Source of the DNA: an uncultured Chloroflexia bacterium
Lineage (GTDB): Bacteria > Chloroflexota > Anaerolineae > Anaerolineales > Anaerolineaceae
Direction of reading: 5' to 3'
NCBI GenBank assembly: GCA_963704755.1
Contig: OY969938.1
Span: 2,250,001 to 2,282,000 of the forward strand
DNA: 32,000 nucleotides
Position numbers and translations under genes: made by a program. Under the pieces are notes generated by a model. The model saw nothing but the letters and a program-made list of their open reading frames with translations, was not told the origin of the DNA and did not search any database. Shown piece after piece: positions 8,526 to 17,179 of the stretch. The number at the start of each line of letters is the position of its first letter. Position 1 is the stretch's first letter.

Positions 8526-9751
8526 TTCGGCATCCAGAAGGCCATCAACAGGGCTGCGACCAGGGCCAGGCTGCCGCCAAAAATGAACGGCGCGGACGGG
8601 CCAAAGCCCGCCCAGGAGCCCACACCCTGCCAGAGAATACCGGCGATCAGCGAAGCTGGAAAAGCCAGCAGCCCAATGACCGCATTATAGGTCCCGTAGG
8701 CCGTGCCGCGCAGGTTATCCGGTACCAGGTCGGCCACCAACGCGTTGGCGGTGCCGTAAGCCATGCCGTAATACACGCCATAGACCACATACAACGCCCA
8801 GACCTGCCAGGCCGTTGCAGCCAGGGCGAAGCCCAGGTAAATGGCCGCGTACACCAGCCAGCCGCCGATAATCAGCCGGCGTCGCCCGACCCGGTCCGAA
8901 AGTGAGCCGGCCGGGGTGGAGATGAGGGCATAAATCAGGTTGAAGGTGGCCAGCATGATCAAGACACCGGTCACGGTAATGCCCAGGTTTTGGGCACGTA
9001 AAACCAGAAAAGCGTCGGAGGAGTTGCCCAGGGTAAAGACGCTGACGATCACCAAAAAGATCGTGAAGGGACGCCCCATATTTTTCAACGAGAATTTAGG
9101 CGCGGCCCGTTTCCCGCTGACCGGCACGTCCCGAGCGCCTACGGTCAGCGAGAGCACTGCCAGAAAGGCCGGCAGCAGGCTGATCAGCACCACGGTTTGG
9201 AAGGTGGACTTGCTCAGGTCGAGGGTATTCTTCTGGCTCAACCAGACCACCAGCACCGCGATAACTACGCCGACCATCGCCCCGGCCGTGTCCATGGCCC
9301 GGTGGAAACCAAATGCCAGCCCGCGCATCTCGGGTTTGACCGAATCGGCCACCAGTGCATCCCGTGGGGCCGTGCGAATCCCTTTGCCGACCCGGTCGGA
9401 CCAGCGCACCCCGGCGATTAGTTCCCAACTGCTGGCGATATAAAAGAAGGGCTTGGAGAGGGCCGAAAGGCCATAGCCGGCCACGGCCAGCCACTTGCGC
9501 CCACCCATCTTGTCTGAAAACCAGCCGGAAAATAGCTTCAGGATGCTGGCTGTCGCCTCGGCGATCCCCTCGATCAGGCCAATGACGCTGGTCTGCACCC
9601 CCAACACGTTGGCCAGGAACAACGGCAGGATATTGATCACCATCTCGGAAGAGACGTCCATAAAAAAGCTGGTAAAGCCAACTGCCCAAACATTACGCGG
9701 CAGGTCACGGATCCTGGAACGGGAACCATCCTGATCAACGGGTTGTGCCAT
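8486..9751 (-). CDS. MFS transporter
   Basis: About 12 hydrophobic segments. MFS motif-A-like loops are FSDKMGGRKW and LSDRVGRRRLI. The start MAQPV at 9751 is preferred over 9766. The last ~13 codons (KGEKREERLESRE) are encoded by the heptamer tract. Confidence 0.85.
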   Translation of the reverse strand: MAQPVDQDGSRSRIRDLPRNVWAVGFTSFFMDVSSEMVINILPLFLANVLGVQTSVIGLIEGIAEATASILKLFSGWFSDKMGGRKWLAVAGYGLSALSKPFFYIASSWELIAGVRWSDRVGKGIRTAPRDALVADSVKPEMRGLAFGFHRAMDTAGAMVGVVIAVLVVWLSQKNTLDLSKSTFQTVVLISLLPAFLAVLSLTVGARDVPVSGKRAAPKFSLKNMGRPFTIFLVIVSVFTLGNSSDAFLVLRAQNLGITVTGVLIMLATFNLIYALISTPAGSLSDRVGRRRLIIGGWLVYAAIYLGFALAATAWQVWALYVVYGVYYGMAYGTANALVADLVPDNLRGTAYGTYNAVIGLLAFPASLIAGILWQGVGSWAGFGPSAPFIFGGSLALVAALLMAFWMPKGEKREERLESRE

Positions 9752-9968
9752 GCTCACCTCACACAAAAACGGGATAATCGCTCGGTCCCGGGCGAAAGAC
9801 TGTCTATAGAAGCCACCGGGGCAGCATTACCCCGGTGGTTCTGATCGTCCTGGACTTGAGCTTATTGTAGGACAGATTGGGTGGATTGTTAAGGTGTGTG
9901 AGCGCCGGCCAAACGCACCCCCGGTTAAACACTGTGTCTTGTACCATGTGTCATGTGTCAGGTGTATA

Positions 9969-10358
9969 GGTAGCGTAGCTCGGGTTTCCAAACCCGAGGG
10001 AGCGCCGGCTGGGTAAATTCCCGGCGAACGAACCAGCCTTTGTCGAAAGGGAGACCCACGCAGGTGGGTCTTTGTGTACCTGTAGGTGCAGCTTTAGCTG
10101 CTCACCGATCTGGCCAAGTGGCCGGGTTTTCCTACCTGAAGATATTCCAGCCAGGCTCAACTGGCGACCAAGGTCGCGGCTACAAAAACACAAAGCCCGG
10201 CCTTCGCCGGGCTGGGGTTTGGGTAGGCAACTCGGGTTTCCAAACCCGAGGGAGCGCTGGCCAGTCAAAACCCCGGTTATGGAACTGGCCTTCACTGAAA
10301 TGGAGACCCACGCAGGTGGGTCTTTGTGTATCTGTAGGTGCAGCTTTAGCTGCTCACC
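9969..10358 (+). repeat. Mosaic multi-hairpin repeat, 2 units with a 252-bp period, in the divergent MFS/DinB intergenic region
   Basis: ctcgggtttccaaacccgag occurs at 9979 and 10231. gagacccacgcaggtgggtct occurs at 10051 and 10303. gtaggtgcagctttagctgc follows each copy. gcgaccaaggtcgc and agcccggccttcgccgggct lie between the units. Confidence 0.9.
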
Positions 10359-10404
10359 GGTCCCGGCAAAGTAGTGAAAACTAATCGCAGCACCTCCCCT
10401 TTTT

Positions 10405-10413
10405 TGCTATACT
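10405..10413 (+). promoter_or_regulatory. Candidate extended -10 promoter (TGC TATACT) for the DinB-family gene
   Basis: tgctatact lies 71 nt upstream of the ATG at 10484. No convincing -35 box was found. Confidence 0.3.
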
Positions 10414-10483
10414 GATGGTGCAGAAAAAAAAAGAAACAACCCAACAGCTTTCTTATCCTACGACGCCAAAACAGGAGCGCGCG

Positions 10484-10981
10484 ATGAGTGAGAATATCCT
10501 TGCAAAATTTTTTGAGCACAACCTTTGGGCAAATTTGCAAATCATCCAGGCCTGCGCGGCCTTGAGCGATGAACAACTCGATGCCGAGCCCCAGTCGGCG
10601 ACCAAAGGGAGTATCCGCCAGACGCTGGCGCACCTGGTCGATGGGGAGCAGGATTACCTTGCCACCCTGGCCCGGCGCGAGCCGCGCTACAACTGGCCCA
10701 CACCCCCGTCCTTCGCGGAGATGGAAGAGGCCGTGCGGGTCACTGCCGGTGACTTCCAGGCTTTGCTGAAGGACGAGACCGGCGAACTCCTGGGGAAGCA
10801 GATCCATACCGACGACGGTTACACCATCGATCCCTGGGTGGTCGTCGTCCAGGCGATCAACCATGCCACCGAGCACCGCGAGCAGATCAAGAGCATGCTC
10901 AGCGCCCTGGGAATCAAGCCGCCGCGGGTGGATGGCTGGGGCTACGGCCGGGTCACCCAGGCAATGATCTCACCAAAGTAG
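10484..10981 (+). CDS. DinB-family (DinB_2-like) metal-dependent protein
   Basis: HNLWANLQII, LAHLVDGEQDY and INHATEHREQI form the His triad on a four-helix bundle pattern. The ATG at 10484 (MSENIL) is preferred. The track start at 10415 overlaps the putative promoter. Confidence 0.8.
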   Translation: MSENILAKFFEHNLWANLQIIQACAALSDEQLDAEPQSATKGSIRQTLAHLVDGEQDYLATLARREPRYNWPTPPSFAEMEEAVRVTAGDFQALLKDETGELLGKQIHTDDGYTIDPWVVVVQAINHATEHREQIKSMLSALGIKPPRVDGWGYGRVTQAMISPK

Positions 10982-11042
10982 ATGGGGAGCTGGTAACTTA
11001 CCGTCCGCTTTTTTATATAATTATTCCATGCCGGATTAGAAA

Positions 11043-11165
11043 CCGTAGGGTGGGTGCAGGGATCATCCATAGCGCCGGCGGATCACCGGCCGGCAGGATT
11101 TCCCTAACCTTGCCCGTAACCCACCCTCTTTACGTTTGCGCCTGTGAATAACCGGCTCGCAGCCC
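11043..11165 (+). repeat. Solo GTAGGGTGGGT hairpin element plus its linker, just downstream of the giant gene
   Basis: ccgtagggtgggtgcaggg...ccggcggatcaccggccgg...gcccgtaacccacc is followed by gcctgtgaataaccggctcgcagcc. It is about 80% identical to 16628..16750. Confidence 0.85.
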
Positions 11166-11214
11166 TGGCCATACCCGTTTTACTTTAGAAAGCTGTCGTC
11201 AGGGCCAGATGGCT

Positions 11215-14200
11215 TTACTCTGTTTTGATCAGGACGGCGCGCAGGACGGTGCGCGATTTGTAGGTATTTTGAGCCGGGTTGTAGTCTTCGCAGGTGATCA
11301 GCGTCAGCCAGGGCAGGGTTTCGTGGTGGAGAATCTTTAGATCGTTCGGGCGGACATCGGAATAAGATTCGCGAATTTCGTAGATGTAGCGCTCACCGTT
11401 GACGATGATGATCACCTGGTCGCCCCATTGCAGTTGAGACAGCTTCGCGAATGGCCCGGGCAAGCCATCTGCCCCTGTCACGTGGGCCGCAAGCGCGCTG
11501 TTGCCCGCCCAACCCGGGAAACTGGACCCTTGCAACCAGCCGGCTTTGTTGCCCAACCAGGTGACGTCCCAGGTGCCATCCACCAGGGGGACGCCGGTGA
11601 TCGGGATATCCACTCCCAAGCGGGGGATCTGGAGACGGATCTCGGAGCCGGGAAGAGCACCGTAGCGCTTCTCGTCCGGCTGCTGCGCGAGGTGGGTGAC
11701 GACGTCCGGAGCAAAACCCGTAGCCGGCAGCGCTTTCGCATCCAGGGGGTTGCTGTCGCCGGCGGATGATTTCGGGTCCGGGCTGACGACAAAGGTCACC
11801 TCGCCATAGATGCAGAACCCCAGATTGTCGCAGGCCCGGTAGGTGGCGCTGTCCGTGCCTGAAAAACCGGGTTCCGGGGTATAGATGATGCTGCCCAGTT
11901 GAGCGCTGCCGTGGGCCGGGTAGCGCACGATTTCCAGAGTAACCCAGGATGTTGCGCCGGTGCTCATCTGGTCGTTATCCGTCGGTTCCATCTCGATCGT
12001 GCTGCCGTCCTGCACGCTGCTGTTATCGTTTGTCGCTGACGCTCCGGCTGCGGTGCCTTTTTTCATCACTTTGATGACGACGTCCAGGTCTTTTACGTCG
12101 CTGTTGGGCGCCGTAGCCCGGATTCGGATGGGTAAATATTCTCCGCTATCCAGCGAGAGCGTACCGGTAAGGATCAACTCATGCTTCGAATTGATCACAA
12201 AATAGGACTCGTATGGGAATGCGGTCGCATCGACCAACGCGTAGGTCGTTCCGCTGATGGTGGAGTGCAGGCTGCCTACGACCGTCCCGATCGTATCGCC
12301 GTCGATAGCCTTGTCCGCGGATAGTTCCACGGTCCAATCGGCGGAGGGCACGCCGGTGTCATTCGAGACCGTAATCGCGAATTCTTTCTGGTAGGTTTCC
12401 CCGTTGCCGTCCTGGACCTGGAGGCAGATGGTGTAGCTGCCAGGCACGGCGGAAGAAGAGCGCAGCAGTCCGTTGCCCATGATGGAGAATAGAGCGTTAT
12501 CGCCAGCATCGCCGGCAGTGCACACGCTCCCGCTGGTTTCGAGGCTGAAGGTCAGCGGGGACAGCCCGCCGGTGGCGCTCACTGTGCCCACCAGATCCTG
12601 GAGGTTAGAAACGGTCGGGTTGCTCAACAGCAGGGCACTGGGCGGGTCGGTCACCTGGATGGTGAAGGCCTTTTGCTGGGTCAAGTCATCGCCTTCGCTC
12701 ACCTGGGCGCAAATCTTGTAGGAACCGCTCGATGTACCCGGTGCACGATTTAACTCCGAGCCGCTGACCGAGAACTTGGCGTTATCCGCGCTGTTATCAT
12801 CGCTGCCACATACGCTGCCGGTGGTCTCAAGCGTGTAGGTGAGTGGGGACAGACTGCCGCTGGCGCTGAAGGTACCCACCACGGTTTGTGCAGAAGAAAC
12901 GGTTGTGCGGCTCAAGGCCAGCCCGCTGGGGCCTTCGATCACCTGGATCGTGTAGGCGTATTGGGCTTTGTCGTGCCCGGCATCTTCCACTTCGATGCAG
13001 ATTTTGTAATCCCCGACCGCCGTGTCCGCCTTGCGGTCCAACATGTTGTCGGTAAACGAAAAGCTTGAGTTGCCGGTCGAATTATCCGGGGTACAGGTCG
13101 CGCCGTTGGATGCCAGGCGATAGCTGAACGGCGAACGCCCGTCCGTGACGGTGACCGCACCCACATTCGTGCCGGCCGCGCCAACGGTCAGGCGGCTGAG
13201 GGAACTGCCGTCCAGTGTGGGCGGATTGTTGATCGTGATGGAAAATGCGGTCTGCACCGTACCGCCATCTTTGTCCGCACTCTGTACGCAGATGCTGTAC
13301 GTCCCGCTGCCGGTCCCGGAAAGCCGTTCCAGGTTGCTTCCATCGACAGTGAAGGAGGCGTTATCGGCGCTGTTGGAAGCCGTGCAGACTGGACCGCTGG
13401 TTTCCAGACTGTAGATATATGGTGAACTGCTTACACTGGTAGAGAAACTTCCGACAACCGTGTGAGCGGTGGAGGTCGCGTTGTCGCTCAGGGATATTCC
13501 TCCCACCGATTGGGTGAACGAGGCGCCGGTAGACCCGGCGAATTCGGTGCTGCCGTTGTAACGAGCCGAGAGGGTGTGCACCCCTGCGGTGAGGTCGTCG
13601 GAGGTGCAGGTCGCTTGCCCGGCGGACAGCGTGCCGCTGCACACGATATCGCTGCCTTCGAGGATTTCCACCGTTCCACCTGGTGTGCCTGTCGCCGGCG
13701 ATTTGGCCGCGACCGAGACTGTGAAGATCACCGTTTCAGACAGGCTGGCCGGATCGGGAGTGTGGCTCGCCAAAGTTACTTGAGTCTGGGCCTGGTTCAC
13801 GGAGTGGGAGGTCGTGCCGCTCGAGGAATTAAAATTACTATCCCCGGCATACGAAGCCGTCAGCGTTTTGCTTCCTTGGGTGGTGGAGGTGAGGTCACAG
13901 GAGCCGCTGCCGCTGCTGAGCGCAGCAATCGTACAGGAAGCCCCGCTCCCATCGCTCACCGTCACACTGCCGGTCAGGGTACCGGTGCCCGGAGAAATGG
14001 CCGCCACGGTCACATTCACTGAATACGCCTCGCCGACTTTGCTGGGATCATTTTCATCCGAGATGATGGTCGTGGAAGTGTCCGACATATCGACGGCGTG
14101 GGCGGTCGTGCCGGTGGAGGTGTTGTAGTTGCTGTCGCCTTTGTAGGAGGCGATGATGGTCTTGGCGCCCGCGGTGGTGGAGGTGAGGTCGCAGGAACCG

Positions 14201-16218
14201 CTGCCGCCGGAGAGGGTCGTGATGGTGCAGGTAGCCCCATCTCCGTCGTCCACATCAACGCTGCCGGTGGGGGTGCCGCTGCCGGGGGAGACAGCGGATA
14301 CGGTCACGCTCACGGTGTAGGATTCGCCAACCTTGCTTGGATCGTTTGCATCGGAATTGATGCTGGTCGTAGTACTCGCCTTGTCCACGGAATGAACGGC
14401 GGTGCCGGTGGCGGATGCGAAGACCGAATCCCCGTCGTAGGAAGCCGTCAGAGTTTTCGATCCCGCGCTGGAGGAAGTCAGGCTGCACGATCCGCTGCTG
14501 GGGCTGCCCACCGTCAAAGATGCGGTGCAGGCGCCGGTTTCGCCATCATCGACCGTCACCGAACCGGTCGCCTTGCCGATGTAATCGCCGGCGACGGTGT
14601 AATTGGCGGTGTAGCTCTGCTTGCTAACCGAGGTCGAGGGCGATATGGAGGTCAGGCTGACCTTAACAAGGTGCTCGAACAGAGATGGATAAGTGTTGCC
14701 ATCGTTGATTTTCCAGGTCCCCGGTATGCTCCAGCCGACGCTGGTAAAAGTACCGGAGGTCTGCATCCCGGTGGTGGACAAAGGAACGCCTTTGCCGGTA
14801 TCACTCAGGCCCGAAACGTCGCTGTCGTAAAAGCTGGTGCTGACCGTACCGGTATTGACGGCTACCAGGCCGCCGTTGACGCTAAGAGTTGTCACGCGGG
14901 TAGCGCCGTGGATCGTGCCGTTGTTGTGATACGACGAACTGTCGTACACCGTGTCCCCGCTGGCCTCGGTCAGTTTCCAGTAGCCGATCAGCCCGGGTTC
15001 GTTGCCGGTCAACTGTTTATCTTTATCAGCCGCAATTTCAGCCGGGGTGAGTACTTTGTTCCAGAAGCGCACGTCGGCGATGTTGCCCTGGAAGAAGAGG
15101 GTAGGCGTGCCGACCGGGTCATTGCGGGCGCCAATAAAAAATTCATTCGTATTCGACGCAAGCGGATTGACCTCAGGATTAACCAGGGGAAGTGGGGCGA
15201 CCGTGCCTACGTCGACGCCGTTCTGGAAAATGTGCTGTGGAATGCCGTTGAGCAGGATCTGGACCTGCTGTTTGGAATAATCCCAGATGGTGGCCACGTG
15301 GTTCCACCCCGGCTGGAGGACGTTCTGCGCATCCTGGTAGGCCCTGGGATCATCATATGTGGTAGCTCCGCGAAGCACCGGAATAAAACGGATGCCGTCC
15401 GTGCCCGAACCGCCCCCGGTGTGGATGTCGTAATTTTCGAGGCCTTTACTGGTAATGAACTGGGTAGCCGACCTGACGGATGACGTCCAATTGAACCAGG
15501 CCTCGAGCGTGAAGCTGCTGGTCACGTAAGCTGAATTATGGGGAATGGAGATGTAATCGCTAATGCCGTCGAACTGGACGTAGGTATTGGTCACGGCGCC
15601 GGAGACGGTCGCCGCGGCGTAGGTATTGGTTAGCGTGCCGCTGTTGCTCCCTACCAGGCCACCGTTATTGTTGGCGCCGCTGACGGAGCCAATGGCGGAT
15701 GCATCGGTGATCTTCCCGGAATTAATCCCGACCAGCCCGCCGACATCGGTGGCACCGCTGACGATCCCCTGGACGGATACCCGGGCTACCGTACCTCGGT
15801 TCTCACCTGCAAGGATACCGGTCGCGTTGGCAGCCGTGATGGTGGCAGCTTCGATGTTCAGGTCAGTGACCGATCCCCCAACCCCGATCACACCGAAGAG
15901 TCCCTGATCGACGGTGGTCGATAGGGTGTTGGAAACGGCCAGGTGGCGGATCGTATGGCCGCCGCCATCCAGGCTCCCGGTGAAGGCGGTCGTTCCATCG
16001 CCCAGCGGCGTCCAGTTGAGAACGGAACCCAGGTCAATATCTGCGGTCAGGATGTAATTCCCGGCCAGGTTATCGCGAATACCGATTAGATCCGAGACTG
16101 ATCCGATATCCGTAGGTGATTGGGCCATTACTAGCGACGTTGCTGGAGTAAAAACGGTGTTTAGGAGACACACAAAAATCAGGGTACTAACCAGAATGGT
16201 GCGATTCGGTCTCTTCAT
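11215..16218 (-). CDS. Giant secreted surface protein (GLUG repeats, LamG, Ig-like x4, cadherin-like x5) with an internal LPATG motif and a C-terminal sortase domain
   Basis: 1,667-aa ORF with an ATG at 16218 and an AAGGTG RBS. The signal peptide is MKRPNRTILVSTLIFVCLLNTVFTPATSLVMA. GLUG motifs are GGLVGINSG and GGLVGSNSG. The LamG-type segment runs YVQFDGISDYISIP...GNIADVRFWN. There are repeated Ig-like units (ASYxGDSxFxxSTG) and five ~95-aa two-Cys repeats. The C-terminus is described in the next two features. Confidence 0.9.
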   Translation of the reverse strand: MKRPNRTILVSTLIFVCLLNTVFTPATSLVMAQSPTDIGSVSDLIGIRDNLAGNYILTADIDLGSVLNWTPLGDGTTAFTGSLDGGGHTIRHLAVSNTLSTTVDQGLFGVIGVGGSVTDLNIEAATITAANATGILAGENRGTVARVSVQGIVSGATDVGGLVGINSGKITDASAIGSVSGANNNGGLVGSNSGTLTNTYAAATVSGAVTNTYVQFDGISDYISIPHNSAYVTSSFTLEAWFNWTSSVRSATQFITSKGLENYDIHTGGGSGTDGIRFIPVLRGATTYDDPRAYQDAQNVLQPGWNHVATIWDYSKQQVQILLNGIPQHIFQNGVDVGTVAPLPLVNPEVNPLASNTNEFFIGARNDPVGTPTLFFQGNIADVRFWNKVLTPAEIAADKDKQLTGNEPGLIGYWKLTEASGDTVYDSSSYHNNGTIHGATRVTTLSVNGGLVAVNTGTVSTSFYDSDVSGLSDTGKGVPLSTTGMQTSGTFTSVGWSIPGTWKINDGNTYPSLFEHLVKVSLTSISPSTSVSKQSYTANYTVAGDYIGKATGSVTVDDGETGACTASLTVGSPSSGSCSLTSSSAGSKTLTASYDGDSVFASATGTAVHSVDKASTTTSINSDANDPSKVGESYTVSVTVSAVSPGSGTPTGSVDVDDGDGATCTITTLSGGSGSCDLTSTTAGAKTIIASYKGDSNYNTSTGTTAHAVDMSDTSTTIISDENDPSKVGEAYSVNVTVAAISPGTGTLTGSVTVSDGSGASCTIAALSSGSGSCDLTSTTQGSKTLTASYAGDSNFNSSSGTTSHSVNQAQTQVTLASHTPDPASLSETVIFTVSVAAKSPATGTPGGTVEILEGSDIVCSGTLSAGQATCTSDDLTAGVHTLSARYNGSTEFAGSTGASFTQSVGGISLSDNATSTAHTVVGSFSTSVSSSPYIYSLETSGPVCTASNSADNASFTVDGSNLERLSGTGSGTYSICVQSADKDGGTVQTAFSITINNPPTLDGSSLSRLTVGAAGTNVGAVTVTDGRSPFSYRLASNGATCTPDNSTGNSSFSFTDNMLDRKADTAVGDYKICIEVEDAGHDKAQYAYTIQVIEGPSGLALSRTTVSSAQTVVGTFSASGSLSPLTYTLETTGSVCGSDDNSADNAKFSVSGSELNRAPGTSSGSYKICAQVSEGDDLTQQKAFTIQVTDPPSALLLSNPTVSNLQDLVGTVSATGGLSPLTFSLETSGSVCTAGDAGDNALFSIMGNGLLRSSSAVPGSYTICLQVQDGNGETYQKEFAITVSNDTGVPSADWTVELSADKAIDGDTIGTVVGSLHSTISGTTYALVDATAFPYESYFVINSKHELILTGTLSLDSGEYLPIRIRATAPNSDVKDLDVVIKVMKKGTAAGASATNDNSSVQDGSTIEMEPTDNDQMSTGATSWVTLEIVRYPAHGSAQLGSIIYTPEPGFSGTDSATYRACDNLGFCIYGEVTFVVSPDPKSSAGDSNPLDAKALPATGFAPDVVTHLAQQPDEKRYGALPGSEIRLQIPRLGVDIPITGVPLVDGTWDVTWLGNKAGWLQGSSFPGWAGNSALAAHVTGADGLPGPFAKLSQLQWGDQVIIIVNGERYIYEIRESYSDVRPNDLKILHHETLPWLTLITCEDYNPAQNTYKSRTVLRAVLIKTE
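11218..11640 (-). other. Sortase catalytic domain (C-terminal ~140 aa of the giant ORF)
   Basis: Motifs in canonical order: LQIPRLGVDIPI, GWAGNSALAAH (His1579, 11482..11484), GDQVIIIVNGERYIYEI, LTLITC (Cys1643, 11290..11292) and RTVLRAV. Confidence 0.85.
11716..11730 (-). other. LPATG sortase-recognition motif (residues 1497-1501) inside the giant ORF
   Basis: The reverse complement of 11716..11730 is ctg ccg gct acg ggt, which translates to LPATG. The protein context is DAKALPATGFAPDVVTHLAQQPDEKRY. No hydrophobic helix or K/R tail follows. Confidence 0.85.
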
Positions 16219-16415
16219 CAGAGGTCACCTTTAATAATCGGTGTTGCCCAATACCCTACCACTGAAATGGCTATTCAATTGGTTGTAAGTGCGTAGAACT
16301 TGCTATTGAGCCCTACTAATCATAAATAAAAAAAATTTAACGACCATAAAAAAAGGATAAATTTTGAAAACAAGATTGTTCTTTCTATTGCTATTCGACT
16401 ACGGCCGCATTATCC

Positions 16416-16919
16416 CGATGTGGGTTGGGTGCAGGGCTCGTCTACGGAACCGGCGAATCACCGGCCGGCTTGACAATCCAGGCTTTGCCCGTAACCCACC
16501 ATCTTTATATGTGCCTATTTTAGCAAGCGGTTTGCAGCCCAGTAGTGGTTTACGGGGCGGCGTAATTGCAAAACGGAGAATCCAGGCGTACCCGCCCCTG
16601 CACCCACCGTACATCGGTATAGTAATACCGTAGGGTGGGTGCAGGGCTCGTCAACAGAACCGGCGAATCACCGGCCGGCTTGGCAATCCAGGCTTTGCCC
16701 GTAACCCACCATCTTTACCTTGGCCCATGTGAATAACCGGGTTTCAGCCAACCGGTGGGTTACGGGGCGGCGTAATTGCAAAACGGAGAATCCAGGCGTA
16801 CCGCCCCATCACCCACCCTACAGCGGCATTGCAAGGCCGTAGGGTGGGTGATGGGCTCATCAACAGAACCGGCAAATCACCGGTTGGCTTGGCATTCCAG
16901 GCTTTGCCCGTAACCCACC
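16416..16919. repeat. Array of five GTAGGGTGGGT hairpin elements in alternating orientation (+,-,+,-,+), BIME-like
   Basis: Plus copies are at 16416..16500, 16628..16710 and 16837..16919 (ccgtagggtgggtgcagggc...gcccgtaacccacc). Minus copies are at 16544..16613 and 16754..16822 (ggtgggttacggggc...gcccctgcacccaccctac) and have a different interior. Confidence 0.9.
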
Positions 16920-16961
16920 GGTAGCAATTAGCTGTTAGCGGTTAGCTGTTGGCTGTGGCTT
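16920..16961 (+). repeat. Heptanucleotide tandem tract (GTTAGCG/GTTAGCT type), 6 units
   Basis: ggtagca attagct gttagcg gttagct gttggct gtggctt. Confidence 0.8.
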
Positions 16962-17049
16962 TCTAAACCGGCCAATTAATCAATGCTGGAGAGCGGCTAC
17001 GGCCGCGAATAAAGGGGTGAGATAGGGCCAGGCACTCCTCCCCAAAAAA

Positions 17050-17179
17050 CTCTCTGCGCCCTCTGCGCCTCAGCGGTGATTTCTTTCCCTGTAGTTTCAG
17101 GTAACCCCTTCGAAAGCCGGGCTACCTTGACAAAAAATCTCTTCTCCGTGTACTCTGTGCCTCCGTGGTTAATTCTTTC
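17050..17179 (+). repeat. Two CCGTGG/CTGCG-type elements. The second overlaps the stop codon of the SRPBCC gene.
   Basis: 17050..17088 is ctctctgcgccctctgcgcctcagcggtgatttctttcc. 17132..17179 is aaaaaatctcttctccgtgtactctgtgcctccgtggttaattctttc. The TAA stop (17169..17171, minus) is the ttaa of ggttaattc. Confidence 0.8.

Noticed and set aside
14098-15483. 461-aa plus-strand ORF, plus other internal ORFs across 11428..15907
   Set aside because: All lie inside the 1,667-aa minus-strand gene, whose translation has coherent domain repeats. The plus-strand products are Gly/Ala/Arg-rich composition artefacts.
16219-16415. Specific sigma-70 promoter call in the AT-rich leader of the giant gene
   Set aside because: The region is strikingly AT-rich (for example 16321..16375) and surely contains the promoter. 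However, none of the -35/-10 pairs I tried (TTGAAT...GGTATT, ...TATGAT) had acceptable spacing and sequence, so I do not report coordinates.
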